Part shown: positions 1 through 9,005 of the stretch, piece by piece
Numbering within the stretch: position 1 is the first letter of the stretch
Layout: each line of letters opens with the position of its first letter
Assembly (NCBI RefSeq): GCF_947490415.1
Contig: NZ_CANLGX010000003.1
Span: 391,821-455,820 of the forward strand
Length of the DNA: 64,000 bases
From: an uncultured Eudoraea sp.
GTDB lineage: Bacteria; Bacteroidota; Bacteroidia; Flavobacteriales; Flavobacteriaceae
Reading direction: 5' to 3'
Translations under genes and position numbers: made by a program
Notes under the pieces: generated by a model
What the model saw: only the letters and a program-made list of their open reading frames with translations
The model's database searches: none
What the model was told of the DNA's origin: nothing

Positions 1-1892
1 GACGAATTGGAATTATTTGCACTTCTGTGAATACCCATAAAAAATTCTTCAAAAAGTTTAAGGATTATTACCCATTGTTATTTGCCAGTACCGAAAAAAT
101 TGAATCCAATACCGAGATAATATCTAATATAGATTTAGTTATCGATCGTTTTGGTGAGGTGAAAGACAATGCTTCGGCTGAATTAAAAGTCATACGCAGT
201 CAAATAAACCAGGTTAAAGGTAAAATCAATCAAAGTTTTATAACAGCCTTGAATTCCTGCCAGTCTGCAGACTTTTTGGACGAAATCAGGGAGTCTGTCG
301 TAGAAAATAGGAGAGTACTGGCGGTTAAGGCAATGTACAGGCGAAAAGTTAAAGGCACCGTAATGGGAACCTCTAAAACCGGAAGTATTGTTTATATAGA
401 ACCGGAGGCTTCACTAAGATATAGCAGAGAACTTAATAACCTTGAATTTGATGAAAAAGAGGAGGTTCAAAGGATTCTGAATCAATTAACAAATCTGATA
501 AGGCCTTACGAATATCTCCTGCGTGAATATCAAAGTTTTTTAACACAAGTCGATATTACAGCTGCCAAGGCTAAATACGCAAGTGAAATGAATGCGCTAT
601 TACCTGAAATAAACAGTAATGGCAGGCTTTATTTGCGAGATGCTTTCCATCCGTTACTTTTTTTAACTAACAAAAGAAGTGGACAAAAGACATGGCCTCA
701 GACCATTGAGCTTCATCCGGAGAAAAGGATAATCGTAATTTCAGGCCCAAATGCCGGGGGGAAAAGTATTACTCTAAAAACAATAGGGTTACTTCAGGTT
801 ATGTTGCAAAGCGGGCTATTGATTCCTGTTCATGAACGCAGTTCTTTATGTCTGTTTAAAAATATTCTTACAGATATAGGTGATAATCAATCTATTGAGA
901 ATCATCTGAGCACATACAGTTACAGACTTAAGAATATGAATAAGTTTCTTAAGAAGTGTAATAAGGACACCTTATTCCTTATTGATGAATTTGGAACAGG
1001 AAGTGATCCCGAATTAGGTGGAGCACTTGCAGAGGCTTTTTTAGAAGTTTTCTATGAGCGTGGAGCGTTTGGGGTAATTACTACCCACTATGCCAATTTA
1101 AAGGCATTAGCAGATGAATTGCCTCATACTACAAATGCGAATATGCTATTCAATTCCAAGACTCTGGAGCCCACCTTTCAATTGGAGTTAGGACAGCCCG
1201 GAAGTTCTTTTACTTTTGAAGTAGCCCAGAAAAATGGGATTCCATATAATCTAATCAACAAAGCCAAAAAGAAGGTTGAGCGAGGTAAATTACGGTTTGA
1301 TGCAACCATTGCCAAAATGCAGAAAGAACGGAATAAAATGGCTCAAACGGGTACTAGGTTACAGGAAGAAGAGTCTAAAGCCCGGGATGAAGCTATTAGG
1401 CTGGAAAAACTAAATGCCAAAGTAAAATCGAAGTTGGAAAATTATCAGGAATTGTATGACCATGACCAGAGAATGATCGTATTGGGTAATAAAGTAAATA
1501 CTATAGCAGACAAATATTTTCAAGATAAAAAGAAACGCATCCTTGTTTCCGAACTTATAAGAATTGTGGAGACTGAAAATAGTAAACGCAAGAAAAAATC
1601 TGCTGTTCAAGCCAAGACTGAGCGACAAAAAAAAGTACAAACTGCTCAGGAAGTGCAGAAAGAGGTAAATATTATTCGTGAGAAAAAGAAGATAGAAAAG
1701 AAAAAAGCAGGTTTAAAAGAGAAAAATAAACCGAGACCAGTTTTTAAAATTGGAGATCGGGTTAGAATGTTTGATGGCAGAGCCGTTGGCAGCATTGACA
1801 AACTCGAAAAAAACAAAGCTGTAGTCAACTACGGTATGTTTACCACTAATGTAAGTGTGGATCAATTGGAATTGGTTGAAACCAAAAAATAG
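1..1892 (+). CDS. mutS2: Endonuclease MutS2 (MutS family 2), 5'-partial. The frame is open to the window edge, so the track start at 27 (GTG) is probably internal.
   Basis: Walker A 'GPNAGGKSITLKT', 'LFLIDEFGTGSDP' and 'TTHYANL' are present. A Lys-rich linker and a KOW-like 'IGDRVRMFDGRAVGSIDKLEKNKAVV' form the C-terminus. There is no in-frame stop between nt 3 and 27. Confidence 0.9.
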   Translation, partial: RIGIICTSVNTHKKFFKKFKDYYPLLFASTEKIESNTEIISNIDLVIDRFGEVKDNASAELKVIRSQINQVKGKINQSFITALNSCQSADFLDEIRESVVENRRVLAVKAMYRRKVKGTVMGTSKTGSIVYIEPEASLRYSRELNNLEFDEKEEVQRILNQLTNLIRPYEYLLREYQSFLTQVDITAAKAKYASEMNALLPEINSNGRLYLRDAFHPLLFLTNKRSGQKTWPQTIELHPEKRIIVISGPNAGGKSITLKTIGLLQVMLQSGLLIPVHERSSLCLFKNILTDIGDNQSIENHLSTYSYRLKNMNKFLKKCNKDTLFLIDEFGTGSDPELGGALAEAFLEVFYERGAFGVITTHYANLKALADELPHTTNANMLFNSKTLEPTFQLELGQPGSSFTFEVAQKNGIPYNLINKAKKKVERGKLRFDATIAKMQKERNKMAQTGTRLQEEESKARDEAIRLEKLNAKVKSKLENYQELYDHDQRMIVLGNKVNTIADKYFQDKKKRILVSELIRIVETENSKRKKKSAVQAKTERQKKVQTAQEVQKEVNIIREKKKIEKKKAGLKEKNKPRPVFKIGDRVRMFDGRAVGSIDKLEKNKAVVNYGMFTTNVSVDQLELVETKK

Positions 1893-2002
1893 TTTTTGAC
1901 TATCATTAGAAACCACAAGCTTACTCATAAATTAATGCCGAACTTTCTTAAATACATTATAAAACATATCGGAATCTTATTGTTAGGCTTTATTTTTGAA
2001 TC

Positions 2003-2416
2003 GTGATAACGCAAGGAGATAAGAAAATCATATTGTTTGATGGCGTTTGCAACCTTTGCAATAGCGCTATTCAATTTGTCATTAAGCATGATAAAAAAAA
2101 CGTCTACAAGTTTGCCGCTTTGCAAAGTGATGTAGCTGCATTTCTTCTTAATGAAAGGGGAATAGATTCCTCACAAATAGATTCCATCATTCTGATTGAT
2201 CCTAATATTGCCTTTTATACAAAATCAACTGCGGCCCTGGAGATTGGTAAGTCTTTTGGGGGTGGATGGCGGCTATTAGGTATTTTTGAATGGGTGCCGA
2301 AACCTATAAGGGATTGGATCTATGATTTTGTAGCAAAAAACAGGTATGGCTGGTTTGGGAAACAAAATGAATGCATGATCCCTACCCCCGAACTAAAAGC
2401 AAAATTTCTTGATTAA
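2003..2416 (+). CDS. DCC1-like thiol-disulfide oxidoreductase (DUF393 family)
   Basis: N-terminal 'FDGVCNLCNSAIQFV' CxxC motif and a size of 137 aa fit the family. GTG is the only available start. Confidence 0.8.
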   Translation: MITQGDKKIILFDGVCNLCNSAIQFVIKHDKKNVYKFAALQSDVAAFLLNERGIDSSQIDSIILIDPNIAFYTKSTAALEIGKSFGGGWRLLGIFEWVPKPIRDWIYDFVAKNRYGWFGKQNECMIPTPELKAKFLD

Positions 2417-2417
2417 A

Positions 2418-3590
2418 CTATTTCAGATTATTTAAAATAAAATCCAGAGTAGCATTGTTGCTTCGATTCTCTGAAAAAGCTAGATTATTAAAGCTAATAA
2501 GCTGAGCCAGTCCTAAATTCTGCAAGTATTTAATCTGATCCATATTGTTTATTGCTACTTTTCCGGTAAGTAGAAGATCCATAGACTTATTACTTTTATA
2601 GCGTCTGTAGATTTTTTTTAACCCACTTAAGTATAACCTGTCTTTGGTAAATCCACCCCCTCTGTGGGCTCTTAATGTTATAGAAAAGGCATCATTTCTA
2701 TTGAGTTTGTATTGATTATGTATCAAATCAAAAGTGTCGGCAAAAGAATATCCTTTAATTAAACTATCTGAAGCTAAAACTCTATACGCTAATTCTTTGA
2801 GCCTTTTAATTGTAAGCGCACCACTCATATATTCACTAAAAACAGCAAGCCCTTCCTGTGTTTCCACATTTTTGGGGAATCCGTTGGAAAATATTTTTAA
2901 CGGTTGAAGTGAAGCATTAAACGTAGTGACCAGGTGTACTCCAATTTCATGATTGGCCAATGTTAGCAGTTGGTTTTGGCTAAATCTCGCATTGCGTTTT
3001 ATAAGTAATGTTTTGGTAGCATTGCTTACCATCGCATCAGCTGCTATATGTGTTGCATATTTAATATTTACAGGAAATTCATAGGATGCAGCAAAATCCT
3101 CAAAATAGGCTTTGGCTTCTTCGGTAGAGAAGACTTTTTCCATATCTACACTTGCTGGTTCATCATTAAAATGTAATATGAATTTTGCATTTTGAACATC
3201 CTTCTCTGTAGGGGTTCCATAAATATTAAGCGAGTTGTAATAAAACTCTTTACCCTTGCCAATAGTTTTGATGCATTGCACCATATTGGCATAATAATAA
3301 ATTATTTCGGTATATAAATTCTTTAATTCTGTATCCTGAATACGCTCCAATCTTTGCGAATAAAATAGACGATGAAGCTTATAAGGATCAAACTTTAATT
3401 TTGGATACTTAAATTCAGGATCTTCAGCATATTTCGAAGCAAAAAACTTATGTTTTTCCTTTTCGATATTTAATGGATTTACATAGCTGAGCAGCTCAAT
3501 GCTCCTTATCAACCGATCCAGGTTGTCATCAACTTCCAACAAATTAGGATATTTGTACTGAATTGCCAGGCGATGGTCTTCTGTAATCAT
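2418..3590 (-). CDS. DUF1704 / 'QEGLA motif' protein (tyrosine/phenylalanine carboxypeptidase-like, MATCAP-related metalloprotease family)
   Basis: 'ANHEIGVHLV' carries an HExxxH motif, encoded at 2951..2934. 'ETQEGLAVFSEY' is the QEGLA motif. The start overlaps the upstream gene's stop as ATGA. Confidence 0.75.
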   Translation of the reverse strand: MITEDHRLAIQYKYPNLLEVDDNLDRLIRSIELLSYVNPLNIEKEKHKFFASKYAEDPEFKYPKLKFDPYKLHRLFYSQRLERIQDTELKNLYTEIIYYYANMVQCIKTIGKGKEFYYNSLNIYGTPTEKDVQNAKFILHFNDEPASVDMEKVFSTEEAKAYFEDFAASYEFPVNIKYATHIAADAMVSNATKTLLIKRNARFSQNQLLTLANHEIGVHLVTTFNASLQPLKIFSNGFPKNVETQEGLAVFSEYMSGALTIKRLKELAYRVLASDSLIKGYSFADTFDLIHNQYKLNRNDAFSITLRAHRGGGFTKDRLYLSGLKKIYRRYKSNKSMDLLLTGKVAINNMDQIKYLQNLGLAQLISFNNLAFSENRSNNATLDFILNNLK

Positions 3591-4426
3591 AAATCTTCTT
3601 CGTGAAATTCTTTAGCCTGCAAAGGTACTAATACTTTTAATTGCAATTCCACAGCTCGCACCACTTCAGGATAAATAATGGCTGAAAGCTCATCGCAATA
3701 GACCTTTGCAATTTCTGTCGCTAAAACGAGGGTATTACTAAAAGTAGTTGTTATATATTTCAGAAAAAACCCATTTCCCTGAAAGGTGTCGTTAATTTTG
3801 CAGTCCGATTTTATATTATTTGGTAATTTCATTTCTCCCAGCTTTTGTTGCCAATCTGTAACTATACTACCAAAGCGGGAGTTATCAATGTTACTGGTTC
3901 CAAGGTTCCAGGTAGGTACTTCCCTATCCCAGCGTTTCCAGTTATAACTATGCATATCAAAAACGATGGCCTTACCATATTTTTTTTCAATTTGATATAC
4001 AAGGGCGTGAACAACACTATAGAAAGATGCATGTTTATGCATACTAAGCTCATATTCTTCTTCAGATAATGGTGTTTTCCATAACTGCTTTCCCCAGGCA
4101 TCTGAATAAATAGCTCCATCAGGAGGTCGATTAAGATCATATTCAAATCTGCTATCACAAGCCGTTAGCACAATGGGATGTGAGGCTACCATTTGACTTG
4201 TACAGGGATCTTCTTCATACCATCGTTCATATTCTGTATGAATGCAATTATCCCAAAGTGATTTTCTGAACTGATGCCCATCGTGCACAGCAGCGCATAT
4301 GTATGGGGCGTATTCACTAATCTTTAAAGTAAAGGAATAATCTTCTGAAACTGCCTCAAACGGTATTTCAGATTCAATATTTGAGATAATATCAGCAACT
4401 GAAAGTTTAAGCATTCTCAACCTCAT
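3587..4426 (-). CDS. N-formylglutamate amidohydrolase family protein (FGase-like)
   Basis: The 279-aa size, the 'IVFDMHSYNW' block and the overall pattern resemble the FGase family. The gene is embedded between two overlapping partners. The assignment is by eye only. Confidence 0.6.
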   Translation of the reverse strand: MRLRMLKLSVADIISNIESEIPFEAVSEDYSFTLKISEYAPYICAAVHDGHQFRKSLWDNCIHTEYERWYEEDPCTSQMVASHPIVLTACDSRFEYDLNRPPDGAIYSDAWGKQLWKTPLSEEEYELSMHKHASFYSVVHALVYQIEKKYGKAIVFDMHSYNWKRWDREVPTWNLGTSNIDNSRFGSIVTDWQQKLGEMKLPNNIKSDCKINDTFQGNGFFLKYITTTFSNTLVLATEIAKVYCDELSAIIYPEVVRAVELQLKVLVPLQAKEFHEEDL

Positions 4427-5438
4427 TTCGCAATCTGGAACGCCTGTTGAACGCCTGTAATTTATCCACCACCTTGCTTTCTATAAAGTCTATTATCTTG
4501 GTCTGAATTTTTGTTTTATAGACCTTATTCATATAGGTTATCCCACCGGGGGACATTACATTCACCTCAACTAATTTACCTCCTATTACATCGATCCCCA
4601 CAAAATATAACCCATCCTTTACAAGTTTGGGCCCTATTTGTTTACAAAGGGCTTTTTCTTGTTTTGTAAGTATGTGCTTGGCAACTGAACCCCCTGCTGA
4701 AACATTGGAGCGATGATCATCAGAACCCGGAATTCGCCTCATTGCGCCAATAGGCTCTCCATTTAAAATCAGAATTCTTACATCACCCTGATCAGCCCCT
4801 TCAATATATTCCTGAAGAATAACATAATTGGATGAACCATCAGAGCTGGTAACATAAAAATCCAAAAGGGACTTTATATTTGACATTGCTGATTTTTCAA
4901 TCAAAATTACTCCCGATCCGCCAAAGCCGTTTAATGGTTTTAAGATCATTTTATCGGCTTTAGATTCTTTAATCTGTTTTACCAGATAATTCTTATTCTT
5001 GGAAACATGGGTAACGGGAATTATATTGCTATGGCTATCACCAAAAGCCGCTGTGTACAGTTTGTTATTCGCTTCTCTTAAACCCTGCAAGGAATTCATA
5101 ATAAACACATCGTCCTTTACAGAATCTAAAAAATTCAACATAATAGGATCCAGTGGTGGATTGGCTCTCATGAATATTACATCAAAACCGGCAAGCGGAA
5201 GCATTTCTTCCCTAATTTCTGCCTGCTTATAAAAAGACCTAAGACTAGCGGGCACTTTATCCATTCTGCCTATAACAGTGCAAAAGGCATTTGTAACACT
5301 ATTCCGAATAGTGAGATTAGCGGGTGTGCACAAGGCTACACCGTGGTTTCGTTTAACGCATTCGTGAATTAAAGCCAGGCTTGTATCATTCTCAGGATCA
5401 ATCTCCTCCCAGGGATACATAAGAAAACAAATGTTCAT
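4407..5438 (-). CDS. Glutathione-synthetase-like ATP-grasp ligase (GshB/RimK type)
   Basis: 'ILKPLNGFGGSGV', 'GDVRILILNGEPIGAMRRIP' and 'GLYFVGIDVIGGKLVEVNVMSPGG' are collinear with prokaryotic GshB ATP-grasp blocks. Confidence 0.8.
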   Translation of the reverse strand: MNICFLMYPWEEIDPENDTSLALIHECVKRNHGVALCTPANLTIRNSVTNAFCTVIGRMDKVPASLRSFYKQAEIREEMLPLAGFDVIFMRANPPLDPIMLNFLDSVKDDVFIMNSLQGLREANNKLYTAAFGDSHSNIIPVTHVSKNKNYLVKQIKESKADKMILKPLNGFGGSGVILIEKSAMSNIKSLLDFYVTSSDGSSNYVILQEYIEGADQGDVRILILNGEPIGAMRRIPGSDDHRSNVSAGGSVAKHILTKQEKALCKQIGPKLVKDGLYFVGIDVIGGKLVEVNVMSPGGITYMNKVYKTKIQTKIIDFIESKVVDKLQAFNRRSRLRNEVENA

Positions 5439-5454
5439 TCGTAGTATATTAAAT

Positions 5455-6780
5455 TTATTTTACCTCTTCATAAAATTCGTCCCAATCCTCTATATGGGGT
5501 TTACCTAATTTACCAACAGACTTTGCAACAACCATAGCAACGGTCGCATCTCCGGTAACATTTATAATAGTCCTGCACATATCCAAAGGCCGGTCTACTG
5601 CAAAAATAAGTGCCAGACCAATTGCCAGCTTATCTGATGGAAAACCAATAGATTCTAAAACAATTACCAGCATTACCATACCAGCTCCAGGTACAGCGGC
5701 AGAGCCAATTGACGCAAGTAATGCGGTAAGAACAATTGTCAATTGTCCTCCAAGCGTAAGATGAAAATCAAGAGCCTGAGCGATAAAAACAGCCGCAACA
5801 CCCTGGTATAAACTTGTACCATCCATATTAATGGTAGCCCCTACAGGGAGTACAAAACTAGACACTTCTTTGTCTACGCCAATATGCTCTTCTACCCTTT
5901 CCATAGTCACAGGTAATGTAGCGGCACTAGAGCTTGTGGAAAAAGCCAATAGTTGGGCCGGACTAATCTCCTTTAAAAACCAAAAGGGATTCTTCTTCGT
6001 ATACGTAGCCACAACTATGCTATAAAAAACAATCATTAAAAATAGTCCCAAAACTACTACTCCTGCATATTTTAATAATGCCAGTAATAGATCCGGGTCG
6101 CCGGAAGAAACAACAACATTAGCCAATAATGCAAAAACTGCCACAGGAGCCGTAAGCATTATTAAATCTACCATTTTCAGCACAACATCATTTAATGAAT
6201 CAAAAAACTTCTTTAGTGGTTTAGACCTTTTTTCACCTATTAACAACATGGATATACCCAAGAAAATAGTAAAGAATATTACTTGAAGCATAAGACTGTT
6301 ATCGCTTAATGCACCAAATGCATTATCGGGCACCATATCTTCCAAAAACTGTAATGGGCCAACTTGTTTTTGCCTGGAAGCAGCTTCCAGTTTGGAGGTT
6401 ACACCACTATCTGAAGCATAGGTCTCTGTTAATTTAGTAATTGTTTCCTCTGAAATGCCTTCGCCTGGTTCTAAAATATTAACCAAAACCAGACCGATAG
6501 TAATGGCAATTATTGTAGTGCATATGTATATGGCTATTGTTCGAAGCCCAATATTTCTAAATTTTGAAATATCCTTTAAATCAGAAATTCCCTTGACCAA
6601 AGATGCCAGAATAAGAGGGATTGCAATTAGTTTAAGAAGTTTAACGAATATGGTTCCAAAAGGATTAATCCAATCCTGTACGAAACCACGACCCCATTCA
6701 ATATAGGTCATTGCGAAGCCGAAAAGAAGGCCAAGAATCATCCCTATCAGGATTTGCCAATGCAATTCCAGTTTCTTCAT
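5455..6780 (-). CDS. Dicarboxylate/amino acid:cation symporter (DAACS, GltP-like)
   Basis: The protein is a polytopic membrane protein with 'SSSAATLPVTM', 'NMDGTSLYQG' and 'DRPLDMCRTIINVTGD' signature blocks. Confidence 0.9.
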   Translation of the reverse strand: MKKLELHWQILIGMILGLLFGFAMTYIEWGRGFVQDWINPFGTIFVKLLKLIAIPLILASLVKGISDLKDISKFRNIGLRTIAIYICTTIIAITIGLVLVNILEPGEGISEETITKLTETYASDSGVTSKLEAASRQKQVGPLQFLEDMVPDNAFGALSDNSLMLQVIFFTIFLGISMLLIGEKRSKPLKKFFDSLNDVVLKMVDLIMLTAPVAVFALLANVVVSSGDPDLLLALLKYAGVVVLGLFLMIVFYSIVVATYTKKNPFWFLKEISPAQLLAFSTSSSAATLPVTMERVEEHIGVDKEVSSFVLPVGATINMDGTSLYQGVAAVFIAQALDFHLTLGGQLTIVLTALLASIGSAAVPGAGMVMLVIVLESIGFPSDKLAIGLALIFAVDRPLDMCRTIINVTGDATVAMVVAKSVGKLGKPHIEDWDEFYEEVK

Positions 6781-6839
6781 ATAAAAAGTTTAGTTTAGAA
6801 AGATAGTATTTTGATGGGAAAACCCCTAAAAAAGGAAGT

Positions 6840-7904
6840 TTATAATTTGATGGTCCTGTTTAGCAGAGTGAAATCTGCAAGTACTAATGCCGCCATTGCT
6901 TCTACGATTGGCACCGCTCTTGGTACTACGCATGGGTCATGCCTACCTTTACCCTGAGTTTTGACCATGTTCCCATCTTTATCAAGAGTTTCATAAGACT
7001 GAATGACAGTAGCAACCGGTTTAAAAGCCACGTTGAAATAAATATCCATACCGTTGCTTATCCCTCCCTGTATACCACCGCTGTTATTGGTAATTGTACT
7101 GCCGTCTGCTTTAAATTGATCATTATGAACACTTCCTTTCATTTTAACACCTTCAAAACCACTGCCATACTCAAACCCTTTAACTGCGTTAATAGATAAC
7201 ATAGCTTTTCCCAGGTCGGCATGTAGTTTATCAAAAACGGGCTCTCCAAGTCCAACTGGGACATTCTTTATTACGCAACTAATAATCCCACCAACTGTAT
7301 CTCCTTCTTTTCGAATTTCTTTAATGTAGGATTCCATCCTGGCAGCCGTATCCGGATCCGGACAACGAACAACGTTACTTTCCGTTAAATTTAAATCCAG
7401 ATCGGTATAGCCCTTTTCCAGGCGAATTGAACCTACCTGAGAAACAAAAGCATTTATGCGAATTCCATTTAAAAATTGTTTGGCTATTGCGCCGGCAACC
7501 ACTCGGCTTGCTGTTTCACGGGCTGAACTTCTGCCCCCTCCCCTATAATCTCTAAAACCATATTTTTTATCATAGACGTAATCTGCATGAGAAGGGCGAT
7601 AAGAGTCCTTTATATGTGAATAATCTTTTGATTTTTGATTGGTATTATAAATAGCAAACCCAATTGGTGTTCCCGTAGTCTTCCCTTCAAAAATACCGGA
7701 ATAAAAAACGACTGTGTCCGGTTCTTTACGCTGGGTAACTATTGCCGACTGGCCTGGCTTTCTTCTATCCAGATCTTGCTGAATGGCATCCAGGTCCAAA
7801 GTTATTCCTGATGGGCAGCCATCCAAAACGCCCCCGATTGCTTTACCATGTGATTCACCAAAAGTAGTGAGTTTAAAAAGTGTCCCAAACGTATTTCCAG
7901 CCAT
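6840..7904 (-). CDS. aroC: Chorismate synthase
   Basis: '[17 protein letters not shown]', '[14 protein letters not shown]' and '[14 protein letters not shown]' are present. Confidence 0.95.
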   Translation of the reverse strand: MAGNTFGTLFKLTTFGESHGKAIGGVLDGCPSGITLDLDAIQQDLDRRKPGQSAIVTQRKEPDTVVFYSGIFEGKTTGTPIGFAIYNTNQKSKDYSHIKDSYRPSHADYVYDKKYGFRDYRGGGRSSARETASRVVAGAIAKQFLNGIRINAFVSQVGSIRLEKGYTDLDLNLTESNVVRCPDPDTAARMESYIKEIRKEGDTVGGIISCVIKNVPVGLGEPVFDKLHADLGKAMLSINAVKGFEYGSGFEGVKMKGSVHNDQFKADGSTITNNSGGIQGGISNGMDIYFNVAFKPVATVIQSYETLDKDGNMVKTQGKGRHDPCVVPRAVPIVEAMAALVLADFTLLNRTIKL

Positions 7905-8132
7905 AAATTAGCGTCTTTCTTATTTCCAATTAAGAGTTTAAACTCCTTTTTTACTAGCCAAAGATAGATGTTAAATGAACGGAAACCAAAACGCGCGTCC
8001 AGTTAATAATAAGGTAACAAATGGCCGTTTATCTATGTCAAACTTAACCTTAGCATTATAAAATAGTGACTTTAACTTAAAACAATATTATAATAATGGG
8101 TCTAATTTTACAATCAATTAATTCTTTATCCT

Positions 8133-9005
8133 TTGAAGAAGCGGAGTATAGACGTAGTGGTAATATCAGATGTGCATTTAGGGACCTATGGCTGCCATGC
8201 AGAAGAATTAATGGCCTATCTAAATAGCATAGAACCTAAAAAATTAATCTTAAACGGTGATATTATCGACATCTCGCAATTTAGCAAACACTACTTCCCT
8301 GTGTCGCATTTGAGGATTCTTAAAAAAATTATAAGTATGGCTTCAAATGGCACTGAAGTCATGTATATTACCGGTAATCATGACGATATGTTGCGTAAGT
8401 TTAGCAATACATTTATAGAAAACTTTACTATTAAGGACAAATTAATTTTAGAATTAGACGGCAAAAAAGCCTGGTTTTTTCATGGAGATGTTTTTGATAT
8501 TTCTATTCTACACGCAAAGTGGCTCGCTAAACTGGGTGGATATGGTTACGGTCTCCTGCTCCGTTTAAATAGAATATTAAATTGGTTCTTTATCAAACTT
8601 GGGAAAGAAAGATATTCACTGGCAAAAAAAATAAAAAATAATGTAAAGAATGCTGTAAGATATATTGACAATTTTGAACGGACAGCAATAGAAACAGGTA
8701 TCGCAAAGGGATATGACTATGTGATATGCGGACATATTCACCAGCCTAAAAAGGAAATTCTTGAGACAAAGAACGGCAATTGTACTTATCTTAATTCCGG
8801 TGATTGGGTAGAAAACCTTAGCGCTTTGGAGTATTCATTTAAGCGATGGAAAGTTTATAATTACAGCTATGACAAACTCTCTCCCTTTTTTGCAGATGAA
8901 GATTTAAAGTCAATGGATTTAACAGAAGTCATTAGCTCCCTTAAAATAAAACAGGTCTCAAAACAACAAACTGCCAAAAAAGAATACAAATCAATTGATG
9001 CATAA
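8133..9005 (+). CDS. UDP-2,3-diacylglucosamine diphosphatase-like metallophosphoesterase (LpxH family)
   Basis: Calcineurin-like motifs 'VISDVHLG', 'LNGDIID', 'GNHD' and 'CGHIHQP' are present. The start is TTG at 8133 or GTG at 8157, with no in-frame ATG upstream. Confidence 0.75.
   Translation: MKKRSIDVVVISDVHLGTYGCHAEELMAYLNSIEPKKLILNGDIIDISQFSKHYFPVSHLRILKKIISMASNGTEVMYITGNHDDMLRKFSNTFIENFTIKDKLILELDGKKAWFFHGDVFDISILHAKWLAKLGGYGYGLLLRLNRILNWFFIKLGKERYSLAKKIKNNVKNAVRYIDNFERTAIETGIAKGYDYVICGHIHQPKKEILETKNGNCTYLNSGDWVENLSALEYSFKRWKVYNYSYDKLSPFFADEDLKSMDLTEVISSLKIKQVSKQQTAKKEYKSIDA

Noticed and set aside
8991-9005. The 3' ends of the convergent LpxH-like and FAD/Fe-S oxidoreductase genes overlap by 15 nt.
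   Set aside because: Short convergent overlaps are common in compact genomes, and no structure or extra signal was seen in the overlap.
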